A DNA stretch of 64,000 nt, from positions 20,276 to 84,275 of the forward strand of contig JBBSQN010000002.1 in assembly GCA_038257875.1 (NCBI GenBank), written 5' to 3'. The stretch is from Mycobacteriales bacterium (lineage in GTDB: Bacteria; Actinomycetota; Actinomycetes; Mycobacteriales; Pseudonocardiaceae). The first letter of the stretch is position 1; each line of letters starts with the position of its first letter. Positions 56,853 to 64,000 of this stretch are shown piece by piece. The notes beneath the pieces were generated by a model that ran no database searches, was not told where the DNA came from, and was given only the letters and a program-made list of their open reading frames with translations. The position numbers and the translations under genes were made by a program.

Positions 56853-59800
56853 GTGCGCCTGACGTGCACGGTCGTCGACCCGAAGGTCGAGAGTCGTACC
56901 GATGTCGCCATCGACGCCGAGCCGGAGGCGACGGCACGCCAGATCAGCACCGCGATCACCGGCCTCGTTCGTCCGGGCGTGCGCGCAGCGGTCCTCTACG
57001 TCGACGGCGCCGCGCTGGTTCCGGAACTGCAGTTGTCGGGCTCGCCGTTGCGTGATGGCGCGATCGTCAGCCTCGGCAGTTCGGCCGGCTGCCCGCGTCC
57101 GGAGCCGGACGGCCTGGTTGAGGTGCGGGTGGTCAGCGGCCCCGACTCGGGCGGGGTGTTCCGGCTGGATCATGGGGTCGTCCGGATCGGCGGTGGTCCG
57201 GACGACGCGATCGCGGTCGACGATCCCAGCGTGCCGCCGGGTGCGATCGATCTCGAGGTCAGGGCCGACAAGACCTGCATGGTGGTGCCGAAGGGTGCGG
57301 TACAGACCTGGCTGGACGGCGAGCAGCTCGCCGCGTCCGCCCCGTGGTCGGTCGGGGGTCAGCTGGCCGTCGGGTGGACCGTCTTCGAGCTGTCCGTTGT
57401 GTCAGCACCGGACGCGGCGGTGCAGCCGTCGGAGGACGGCGCGGGTCTGGACTACAACCGGCCGCCCCGGCTCCGACCGCCGCCCCGCAAGACCAAGTTC
57501 CGGATACCGGCGGCCCCCACCCAGGGCGAGCGCCGACCGTTCCCGATCCTGATGGCGATCGCCCCGCTGGTGCTGGCCGTCGGGATGGTGTTCCTCCTCA
57601 AGAACCTGCTGTTTCTCGGCTTTGCGCTGCTCAGCCCCGTCATGGTGATCGGCAACTACGTCACCGACCGCCGCCACGGCCGCAAGTCCTACCGGCAACG
57701 GCTGATCGAGTACCGGGAGCGCAAGGCCGCGATCGAGGCGGAGGCCCGGGAGGCACTGCACGTCGAGGAGGTGGCTCGCCGCGTCGACGCACCGGATCCG
57801 GCCACCGCGCTGCTCACCGCGGTCGGCCCGCGCAGCCGGCTGTGGGAGCGCCGCCGCGACGACCCCGACTACCTGCTGATGCGGGTCGGCACCGGCGATC
57901 TGCCCTCGGAGGTCGTGCTCGACGACCCGACCCGGGAGGAGCACCGGCGGGCGGTGACCTGGACCGCGCTGGACACGCCGGTCACCGTGCCGCTGCGAGA
58001 GCGCGGTGTGCTCGGCATCGCCGGCCCGGCCGAGACGCCGCGGGCACTGGCGCGCTGGGTCCTCGCCCAGGCCGCGGTCCTGCACAGCCCCCATGACCTG
58101 CAGCTCTACGTGCTCACCGACACTCCGGGGCGGCGTCGGTGGGAATGGGTCCGGTGGCTGCCGCACGCTCGCCCGTTCGACGTCCTGAACGCCACCGCGC
58201 TGGTCGGCACCGACGCCGACACCGTGGGTCGCCGCGTCGCGGAGCTGACCGCGATCGTGACGGCCCGGCGCAAGGCGATGCAGGAGTCCTCGGCGGTCAC
58301 GTTCGTCGAGCCGGACGTCGTGGTCGTCCTGGACGGTGCTCGGCGGCTGCGGCTGCTGCCCGGGGTGATCCAGATCCTGAAGGAAGGCCCCGCGGTCGGC
58401 GTGTACGCGGTGTGCCTGGACGCCGACGAGCGGCTGCTCCCCGCGGAGTGCCAGGCCACCGTGGTGGTGGATCCGGCCGGTGGCCTGCGGGTACGCCAGG
58501 CCGGCGAGGAGCAGGTGGAGAACGTGCGCCCCGAGTGCGTCACCCCGGCCTGGTGCGAGCGGCTGGCCCGCGGGCTGGCCCCGCTGCGCGATGTCAGCGG
58601 TGACGAGGAGGAGGCCGCGCTGCCCGGCGCGTGCCGGCTGCTGGACCTGCTGGCGCTGGAGCCGCCGTCCCCCGACGCGATCGCCGCCCGCTGGACGGTC
58701 GGCGGGCGCAGCACGGAGGCACTGATCGGGATCTCGCTCGACGGCGCGTACGCGATCGACCTGAAGCGCGACGGTCCGCACGGGCTGGTCGCCGGCACTA
58801 CCGGGGCCGGGAAGTCCGAGCTGTTGCAGACCGTGGTGGCCTCGCTCGCGGTGGCCAACCGGCCGGACGCGATGGTGTTCGTCCTGGTCGACTACAAGGG
58901 CGGCAGCGCGTTCAAGGACTGCGCGGACCTGCCGCACACCGCCGGCATGGTCACCGACCTGGACGCGCACCTGGTCGAGCGGGCGCTGGAGTCGATCGCG
59001 GCCGAGCTGCGCCGCCGGGAGCGGCTGCTCGCCGACGCCGGTGCTCCCGATATCGAGGCGTACCTGCTCGTCGCCGGCGCCAACCCGGAACTGCCGCCGC
59101 TGCCACGGCTGCTGATCGTGATCGACGAGTTCGCCTCGCTGATCCGCGAGCTGCCGGACTTCGTCACCGGCCTGGTCGACCTGGCCCGGCGCGGGCGGTC
59201 CCTGGGCATCCACCTGATTTTGGCCACCCAGCGGCCCAGCGGCGTGGTCTCCCCGGAGATCCGGGCGAACACCGACCTGCGCATCGCGCTGCGGGTCACC
59301 GACGCCGCCGAGTCCGCCGACGTGATCGACGCCCCGGACGCGGGCCGGATCGCCAAGTCCACCCCGGGCCGAGCCTACGTCCGGTGCGGCGCCAGCTCGC
59401 TGGTCCCGTTCCAGGCCGGTCGGGTCGGCGGCCGCCGACCCGGTACCGGGCCGGTCGAGCTGCCCGAGCCGTGGGTCGCCACCCTGGACCCGGCGAGGCT
59501 CGGCCAGCCACCACCCGTACCACCCCGGCGTACCACGGCCGACGAGGAGATCACCGACCTGGCCGTCCTGGTCGAGGCGGTCGCCAAGGCCACCCAGGCC
59601 CTCGGCATCCCGTCCCAGCCCAGCCCCTGGTTACCGGCGCTGCCCGACAGCCTCACCCTCGACGATCTGCCCGAGCCGGAGTCCACGTCCGGCGGGTTGG
59701 CGCCGGTGCCGTACGCGCTCGACGACCTGCCCGCGCAGCAGCAGCAGTCCGCCGCGTGCCTGGACTTCGCCGCCCTCGGCCACCTGTTCGCGGTCGGCGG

Positions 59801-61217
59801 CCCGCGCACCGGGCGCTCGCAGATCCTGCGGACGATCGCCGGCTCGGTCGGCCGGCTCCACTCGGCCGCGGACGTGCACCTCTACGGGATCGACTGCGGC
59901 AACGGCGGGTTGCTGCCGGTCGCCGAGCTGCCGCACTGCGGCGCGATCGTGCGCAACACCCAGACCGAGCGGGCGGTCCGGCTGATCGGTCGGCTCACCG
60001 TCGAGATGCAGCGCCGCGTCGAGATGCTCAGTGAGGGCGGCTTCGCCGACATCGGCGAGCAGCGGGCCGCGTCGCCGCCCGAGCGGCGGCTGCCGCACCT
60101 GGTGGTGTTGATCGACCGGTGGGAGTCGTTCACGATCTCTCTCGGCGAGATCGACAACGGCCGGCTCACCGACGAGATCCAGCGCATCCTGCGGGAGGGC
60201 GCCAGCGTCGGCCTGCACCTGGTCATCACCGGAGACCGTTCGCTGCTGTCCGGACGGATGTCCACCCTGACCGACACCAAGATGGTGTTCCGGCTGCCCG
60301 ACCGCAGCGACTTCTCGTTGATCGGCATCAACCCCCGCAAGGTGGCCGACACGATGGCGCCAGGCCGGGCGCTGCGGGCCGAGTCCGGGGTGGAGACCCA
60401 GGTCGCGCTGCTCGCCCCGGACCCGACCGGCCAGGGTCAGGCCGCGGCACTGGCCCGGATCGCGGCCCGGGCGCGGGAGCGCGACGCCGACCTGCCGATC
60501 GGGTCGCGACCGTTCCGGGTGGACGTGCTGCCGGCCCGGCTGGGCTTCGAGCAGGCCTGGGCGCTGCGGGAGGCCACTACCCCGACCAGCCCGATGTGGG
60601 CGCTGGTCGGGGTGGGCGGCGACACGCTGTGCGCATACGGGCCAGACCTGGCCACCGGCATGCCGGCCTTTGTGGTGGCCGGGCCGCCGGGTTCCGGCCG
60701 CAGCACCGTGCTGCTGACCATGGCCCGGTCGCTGCTCGGTGCCGGGACCGGGGTCGTCGCGGTCACTCCCCGACAGTCACCGCTGCGCCAGCTGGCAGAC
60801 CAGCGCGGCGCCGCCGTGCTGACCGGCTCCGGCCTGGACCCCGCCGATCTGGCCGCGGCACTGGCCGCCGTGCCCGAGCCCAACGTTGTGATCATCGACG
60901 ACGCCGAGCTGTTGCGGAACTGCCAGGCCGATGACGAGCTGCTTGCGCTGTTGCGCGCCGGCGCCGGTTCCGGTCGGGCGCTGGTGATCGCCGGTGACGC
61001 CGAGGGCGTCTGCTCCGGTTTCTCCGGCTGGCAGGTGGAGATGAAGAAGGCCCGGCGCGGGCTGCTGCTCGCGCCGCAGTCGATCACCGAGGGTGACCTG
61101 ATCGGCGTCCGGGTGTCGCGCAGCGTCCTGGGCCAGCCAGCCCAACCCGGACGCGGCCTGCTCCACCTCGGCGACGGTGAGCTCCGCACCGTCCAAGTCC
61201 CCCACGCGGTCGACTGA
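56853..61217 (+). CDS. eccC: Type VII secretion FtsK/SpoIIIE-family ATPase (EccC/EssC-like) with N-terminal ubiquitin-like and FHA domains
   Basis: GTG 56853 preceded by AAGGGGGAG. An N-terminal beta-grasp-like segment of about 90 aa (..LRDGAIVSLG) is followed by an FHA-like segment (VVSGPDSGGVFRLDHGVVRIGGGPDDAIAVDDPSV), two TM helices, and three P-loop domains (GTTGAGKSELL; GGPRTGRSQIL; GPPGSGRSTVL). Confidence 0.92.
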   Translation: MRLTCTVVDPKVESRTDVAIDAEPEATARQISTAITGLVRPGVRAAVLYVDGAALVPELQLSGSPLRDGAIVSLGSSAGCPRPEPDGLVEVRVVSGPDSGGVFRLDHGVVRIGGGPDDAIAVDDPSVPPGAIDLEVRADKTCMVVPKGAVQTWLDGEQLAASAPWSVGGQLAVGWTVFELSVVSAPDAAVQPSEDGAGLDYNRPPRLRPPPRKTKFRIPAAPTQGERRPFPILMAIAPLVLAVGMVFLLKNLLFLGFALLSPVMVIGNYVTDRRHGRKSYRQRLIEYRERKAAIEAEAREALHVEEVARRVDAPDPATALLTAVGPRSRLWERRRDDPDYLLMRVGTGDLPSEVVLDDPTREEHRRAVTWTALDTPVTVPLRERGVLGIAGPAETPRALARWVLAQAAVLHSPHDLQLYVLTDTPGRRRWEWVRWLPHARPFDVLNATALVGTDADTVGRRVAELTAIVTARRKAMQESSAVTFVEPDVVVVLDGARRLRLLPGVIQILKEGPAVGVYAVCLDADERLLPAECQATVVVDPAGGLRVRQAGEEQVENVRPECVTPAWCERLARGLAPLRDVSGDEEEAALPGACRLLDLLALEPPSPDAIAARWTVGGRSTEALIGISLDGAYAIDLKRDGPHGLVAGTTGAGKSELLQTVVASLAVANRPDAMVFVLVDYKGGSAFKDCADLPHTAGMVTDLDAHLVERALESIAAELRRRERLLADAGAPDIEAYLLVAGANPELPPLPRLLIVIDEFASLIRELPDFVTGLVDLARRGRSLGIHLILATQRPSGVVSPEIRANTDLRIALRVTDAAESADVIDAPDAGRIAKSTPGRAYVRCGASSLVPFQAGRVGGRRPGTGPVELPEPWVATLDPARLGQPPPVPPRRTTADEEITDLAVLVEAVAKATQALGIPSQPSPWLPALPDSLTLDDLPEPESTSGGLAPVPYALDDLPAQQQQSAACLDFAALGHLFAVGGPRTGRSQILRTIAGSVGRLHSAADVHLYGIDCGNGGLLPVAELPHCGAIVRNTQTERAVRLIGRLTVEMQRRVEMLSEGGFADIGEQRAASPPERRLPHLVVLIDRWESFTISLGEIDNGRLTDEIQRILREGASVGLHLVITGDRSLLSGRMSTLTDTKMVFRLPDRSDFSLIGINPRKVADTMAPGRALRAESGVETQVALLAPDPTGQGQAAALARIAARARERDADLPIGSRPFRVDVLPARLGFEQAWALREATTPTSPMWALVGVGGDTLCAYGPDLATGMPAFVVAGPPGSGRSTVLLTMARSLLGAGTGVVAVTPRQSPLRQLADQRGAAVLTGSGLDPADLAAALAAVPEPNVVIIDDAELLRNCQADDELLALLRAGAGSGRALVIAGDAEGVCSGFSGWQVEMKKARRGLLLAPQSITEGDLIGVRVSRSVLGQPAQPGRGLLHLGDGELRTVQVPHAVD

Positions 61218-61241
61218 CGACCGTACGACGCTGCTACGCGT

Positions 61242-61928
61242 CTACCCGACAGGCACGCGCCCAGGTATCAGCTCGGACACCTCAGACGGTATCTCGGTTG
61301 TCTCAGGTGGTATCTCGGTTGTTGTCTCAGGCGGTACCTCGGATGTCTCAGATGGCGCTGAAGTGGATGTCGTGGTGGTGTCGGGTGTGGTGGACGGTGA
61401 CGGTGACGGCGTCGTGGTCGGGTCGGGTGTCGGTGTCCCCGTCGGCTGATTGCCCTGGTTTTCCGGGTTGCCCCCCGGACCGTTGGGCTCCCCGCCTGAC
61501 CTACCCGGTGCACCGCCCCCGCCACCTCCCGGCGGCACGGCGCCGCCACCCGGTGGGAAGCCCAGCGGAGGTGGAGGTAGAGGTATGAACGGTTCATTGC
61601 TCTGTGGGTTGCCCGGTGTGACCGTCGCCGGGGGCGTGACCTCACTCGCAGGCTGAGAGAGAAGCTTCGGTATGCCGTATACCCCGCCCACGATCAGCGC
61701 GCCGGCTGTGACCACGGAGACGATCGGCCAGAGGAAACGGTGCATCGGATGGCGTGACTCGTCCGCGGGGTCGGCACCGACGGCCAGCGACCGATCCGGT
61801 CTGTTGCGCCCCCGCCCGCCAGTCACCAGGTCGCCGTAACGCCCCTCGTCCGCGTCCGGTTCCTGGCCGCCCCGAACCTCCCACCAGCGACGCCCTGAAC
61901 CCTCCGGCTCGGTGTTCGCCCCTGACAT
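61242..61928 (-). CDS. Single-pass membrane protein with a Pro/Thr/Gly-rich extracytoplasmic tail
   Basis: ATG 61928 (MSGANTEPE), TM helix FLWPIVSVVTAGALIVGGVYGI, then low-complexity P/G/T sequence ending in ETT(T)EIPP repeats. It is convergent with eccC. Confidence 0.55.
   Translation of the reverse strand: MSGANTEPEGSGRRWWEVRGGQEPDADEGRYGDLVTGGRGRNRPDRSLAVGADPADESRHPMHRFLWPIVSVVTAGALIVGGVYGIPKLLSQPASEVTPPATVTPGNPQSNEPFIPLPPPPLGFPPGGGAVPPGGGGGGAPGRSGGEPNGPGGNPENQGNQPTGTPTPDPTTTPSPSPSTTPDTTTTSTSAPSETSEVPPETTTEIPPETTEIPSEVSELIPGRVPVG
61281..61350. repeat. Three tandem 21/24/21-nt repeats inside the Pro/Thr-rich gene
   Basis: CTCAGACGGTATCTCGGTTGT / CTCAGGTGGTATCTCGGTTGTTGT / CTCAGGCGGTACCTCGGATGT. 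These are in-frame and encode the ETSEVPP/ETTTEIPP/ETTEIPS units on the minus strand. Confidence 0.7.
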
Positions 61929-61988
61929 TGTTTCCCTCCGAGAGCGTATGCCACCCACGTGCTCGCGTGGGCAGTGTTCCGCGAGCGG

Positions 61989-62564
61989 CTACGCTGTCAA
62001 GGACTGGGCCAACTCGTCAACCGCTGTGATCCAGGTGCTGGCGGCTACCAGGTCGACGAAGGCCGTGGACACGGTGACCACGACGTCCTCGTGATCGCTC
62101 CCGGAGACGAGCCAACCGTACGCGACGTGCTCGCGGATCTCTTCGACGCCGGGGGAGAGCAGCTCCCGGTAGCGCTGCACCAGCCGCACCGCAGGCCCAA
62201 CCGGTGTCTCGATGACCGAGCGGTCGCGCGGAACCTCCAGCATCTCCGTGGGTATGCACAGCTCGTCGCCCAGCGCGTCCAGTGTGAGCCCGGGGGCGGC
62301 GTCGAAGGTCCGCAACCCGACGACGGTCACGACGGGCTCGTCAGCGGCCGGGTACAGCAGCAGCGCCGCCTGCAGCGCGGTCGTGTCGATGCTGTCGACG
62401 ATCCGCGCGACGCTCGCGATGATCGCCTCGGTGCGCGCCGGATCGTCGCCGAGCTGACGCTCCGCCCACCGTCGGCGCACCGTGGTGGCCGCCCAGGCCT
62501 GCGGCGTCGCATTCGGGTCGGCCTCGACCCAGCGGCGGTCGTAGTCGAGCCGTACGTCGGTCAT
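61989..62564 (-). CDS. Hypothetical protein, 'Q' family copy
   Basis: ATG 62564 overlaps the stop of the upstream P gene (ATGA at 62561-62564). 191 aa. Confidence 0.6.
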   Translation of the reverse strand: MTDVRLDYDRRWVEADPNATPQAWAATTVRRRWAERQLGDDPARTEAIIASVARIVDSIDTTALQAALLLYPAADEPVVTVVGLRTFDAAPGLTLDALGDELCIPTEMLEVPRDRSVIETPVGPAVRLVQRYRELLSPGVEEIREHVAYGWLVSGSDHEDVVVTVSTAFVDLVAASTWITAVDELAQSLTA

Positions 62565-63181
62565 GTCTGCTTCCAACGCAGCGACCCCGCGATCGCGTCG
62601 AACAGCGTGACCATCGCGTCGGCGATCGGGTCGATCGGCGTGCTGAACGACAGCAGCAGCATCTCCGCCTTGTTCGGCACCGGCACGTACACCTGCAGGC
62701 GGGTGACCGGAAGCTCCCCGGTCGAGAGGCCGTCCACCTCGTCCACCGACTCCCGCCGCCGTACCCGGGCAGCCGGCGCCCCGGCCACCTCCAGCACACC
62801 CACCTCATCGTCGGGTTGATCGCCCATCATCGCCGCCAGCTCCGCTGCCGGCAGCTCCGTTCCCACACCGGTCGGGACCACGGTGACCAGGCACGACGCC
62901 GCCACCGGCAGCCCGCGCATCAGATCGACGCTCAGGTACATGTCGGTCGCGCCGTTGCGCACCGCCCGCTCGGCCATCCGGGTCAGCTCGACCTCCAGCT
63001 CCCGGCGCAGCGTGGCCACCCGGTCCCGCGGCAACGACGCCAACCGGTTGTCGAGCAGCGCCGTGACCGACTGCCCGCGGCGCTCGTCCAGCGGGACGTG
63101 CCACCACCCCGGCGGCAGCATCAGCGACCATCCGGCCGGCCAGCTATTCTCGACGACTCCGTCGGTGGTTGGACTGCTCAT
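62561..63181 (-). CDS. Hypothetical protein, 'P' family copy 3
   Basis: 206 aa from ATG 63181. Clear paralog of 51449..52078 (LMLPPGWWHVPL; ASLPRDRVATLRRELEVEL; VTLFDAIAGSLRWKQT). Confidence 0.62.
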   Translation of the reverse strand: MSSPTTDGVVENSWPAGWSLMLPPGWWHVPLDERRGQSVTALLDNRLASLPRDRVATLRRELEVELTRMAERAVRNGATDMYLSVDLMRGLPVAASCLVTVVPTGVGTELPAAELAAMMGDQPDDEVGVLEVAGAPAARVRRRESVDEVDGLSTGELPVTRLQVYVPVPNKAEMLLLSFSTPIDPIADAMVTLFDAIAGSLRWKQT

Positions 63182-63209
63182 CAGTTGCTCACCTTCGACG
63201 GTACGGTCC

Positions 63210-63416
63210 TCACTCTGTGGGACCTGTTCCCCGGCTCGATCCCGCCTCCCGGGTGAAGCTCGGCTTAATGGCCTCGAACACGAGCGTCGTGCCCGGATCG
63301 TCGGCTGTCTCGGCCCCGGCGTCCAGACCCATCTGCTGCGCGATCCGCCTGAGATGTCGGGCCAGATCACTGGAGACAGCGGCAGGGTCAGCTACATGCT
63401 TCTCGTTATCCACCAC
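63210..63416 (-). CDS. Possible small protein (about 68 aa)
   Basis: GTG 63416/63413. The high-GC part of ORF 63210..63617 (..HVADPAAVSSDLARHLRRIAQQMGLDAG..) is coding-like. The upstream part of that ORF crosses the low-GC segment and is probably not coding. Weak call. Confidence 0.25.
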   Translation of the reverse strand: MVDNEKHVADPAAVSSDLARHLRRIAQQMGLDAGAETADDPGTTLVFEAIKPSFTREAGSSRGTGPTE

Positions 63417-63570
63417 CGCTCCCACCTGACTGTCGAGCCGCAGCAGAGCGGTCCGTAATGATCCAGGGGCCTGCCACCTGTGGCAACCCGAACCGTTGAT
63501 ATGTCTGCTTGTTGTAACCAAGGGTCGCTCCATTGCTGGTGGTCTTATCTGAAGTTGGGTTGGACTGAAC

Positions 63571-63810
63571 TCAGGGAGAATCTGCGTCATAGTCCAAGAA
63601 GAACTCTTCCTTTTCATTTTTCATGGTGCCGCCTAGCGATTTAAGGAATGCCGCTAAAGTGTCTACTGGTATCGGGAAAGAATCAACCATTGGATCCGTA
63701 GCTGCAATGTTTAGTGCTGATCGAAACCACTCTCTGACGAGATCGTTGACTTGTATCTCAGTCAGTAGCTTTTCGCCGTCCCGCTCGTAACCGCGGATAA
63801 CCCAACTCAT
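63571..63810 (-). CDS. Putative immunity protein for the upstream rRNase toxin (79 aa, low-GC gene)
   Basis: ATG 63810 overlaps the toxin stop (ATGA, 63807-63810). The protein is acidic and of small size. GC content is conspicuously lower than the rest of the window (about 45% by eye). Confidence 0.65.
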   Translation of the reverse strand: MSWVIRGYERDGEKLLTEIQVNDLVREWFRSALNIAATDPMVDSFPIPVDTLAAFLKSLGGTMKNEKEEFFLDYDADSP

Positions 63811-64000
63811 GGATCGACCCTACGTCTCGGATTCGCAGGCTTTGTTTGTTCGCCTGTATTGGGATCGAACTCCCCGACGTGACGACCTTTCTTATTGTAA
63901 ACTTCTACTGCGCCATGTTGGCGGTCCCACTCATATATCTTTCCCTCGGGATCTTTCCAGCGCGGGCGCAGGCCGCCGCCTCCCTGGACGGGTGTTTTAG
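63807..64000 (-). CDS. C-terminal end of a polymorphic toxin with a colicin E3-like (16S rRNase, 'cytotoxic') domain; the gene continues beyond the window
   Basis: Not in the ORF track because the frame is open to the window edge. The minus-strand translation is ..KTPVQGGGGLRPRWKDPEGKIYEWDRQHGAVEVYNKKGRHVGEFDPNTGEQTKPANPRRRVDP*. It is colinear with the colicin E3 C-terminus as I remember it (GGGKRKRWTGDKGRKIYEWDSQHGELEGYRASDGQHLGSFDPKTGNQLKGPDPKR). Confidence 0.8.
   Translation of the reverse strand, partial: KTPVQGGGGLRPRWKDPEGKIYEWDRQHGAVEVYNKKGRHVGEFDPNTGEQTKPANPRRRVDP

Noticed and set aside
57402-59213. 603-aa minus-strand ORF inside eccC
   Set aside because: It is the antisense shadow of a gene with three clear P-loop ATPase domains and has shadow-type composition.

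Overview
This window is high-GC DNA (about 70% by eye) from an actinobacterium; I cannot assign a genus from sequence alone. It splits into three parts.

(1) 1-30.2 kb is conserved core. The gene order recalls, from memory, the Mycobacterium tuberculosis atpB...glgB region. It holds the ATP synthase operon atpB-E-F-(second b-like gene)-H-A-G-D-C, a DUF2550 gene, a PduO-type corrinoid adenosyltransferase and murA. It then continues with an Ehu-like amino-acid/compatible-solute ABC transporter, an enoyl-CoA hydratase, an FHA protein next to a Ser/Thr kinase, and TetR + P450. After that come nucS, an aldehyde dehydrogenase, a DivIVA-like protein, a VOC/methylmalonyl-CoA epimerase and a thiolase. 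The segment ends with XRE and MarR regulators, a thioredoxin-TPR protein and a Zn-metallopeptidase lipoprotein.

(2) About 30.3-48.4 kb is an accessory, defense-type island placed before glgB. It contains:
- MntA/HepT and HicA/HicB toxin-antitoxin modules.
- A DUF222/HNH remnant.
- A decayed, orphan type III restriction Res gene.
- An Rpn/YhgA-like nuclease and an IS remnant.
- A two-gene AAA-ATPase + S8-subtilase cassette (IetAS-like) lying between short direct repeats.
- An XRE/DUF397 pair with a chain of small genes, and an AAA/DUF4143 ATPase.

(3) 50.8-64 kb, upstream of glgB, is a type VII secretion cargo locus. Its parts are:
- A Ubl-FHA-EccC/EssC-like triple FtsK ATPase, divergent from a degenerate WXG100 gene.
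- A small helical partner protein and a multi-TM LXG-like effector.
- Three paralogous 'P' genes, two of them translationally coupled to 'Q' genes.
- At the right edge, the C-terminus of a colicin-E3-like rRNase toxin overlapping a low-GC immunity gene.

I found no rRNA, tRNA or CRISPR array. Five genes show apparent single-nucleotide frame disruptions, at about 16724, 24478, 33990, 37586 and 52450. This points to assembly indel errors as much as to real pseudogenes. Many long ORFs in the six-frame track are Arg/Pro/Gly-rich shadow frames of real genes, and I rejected them.
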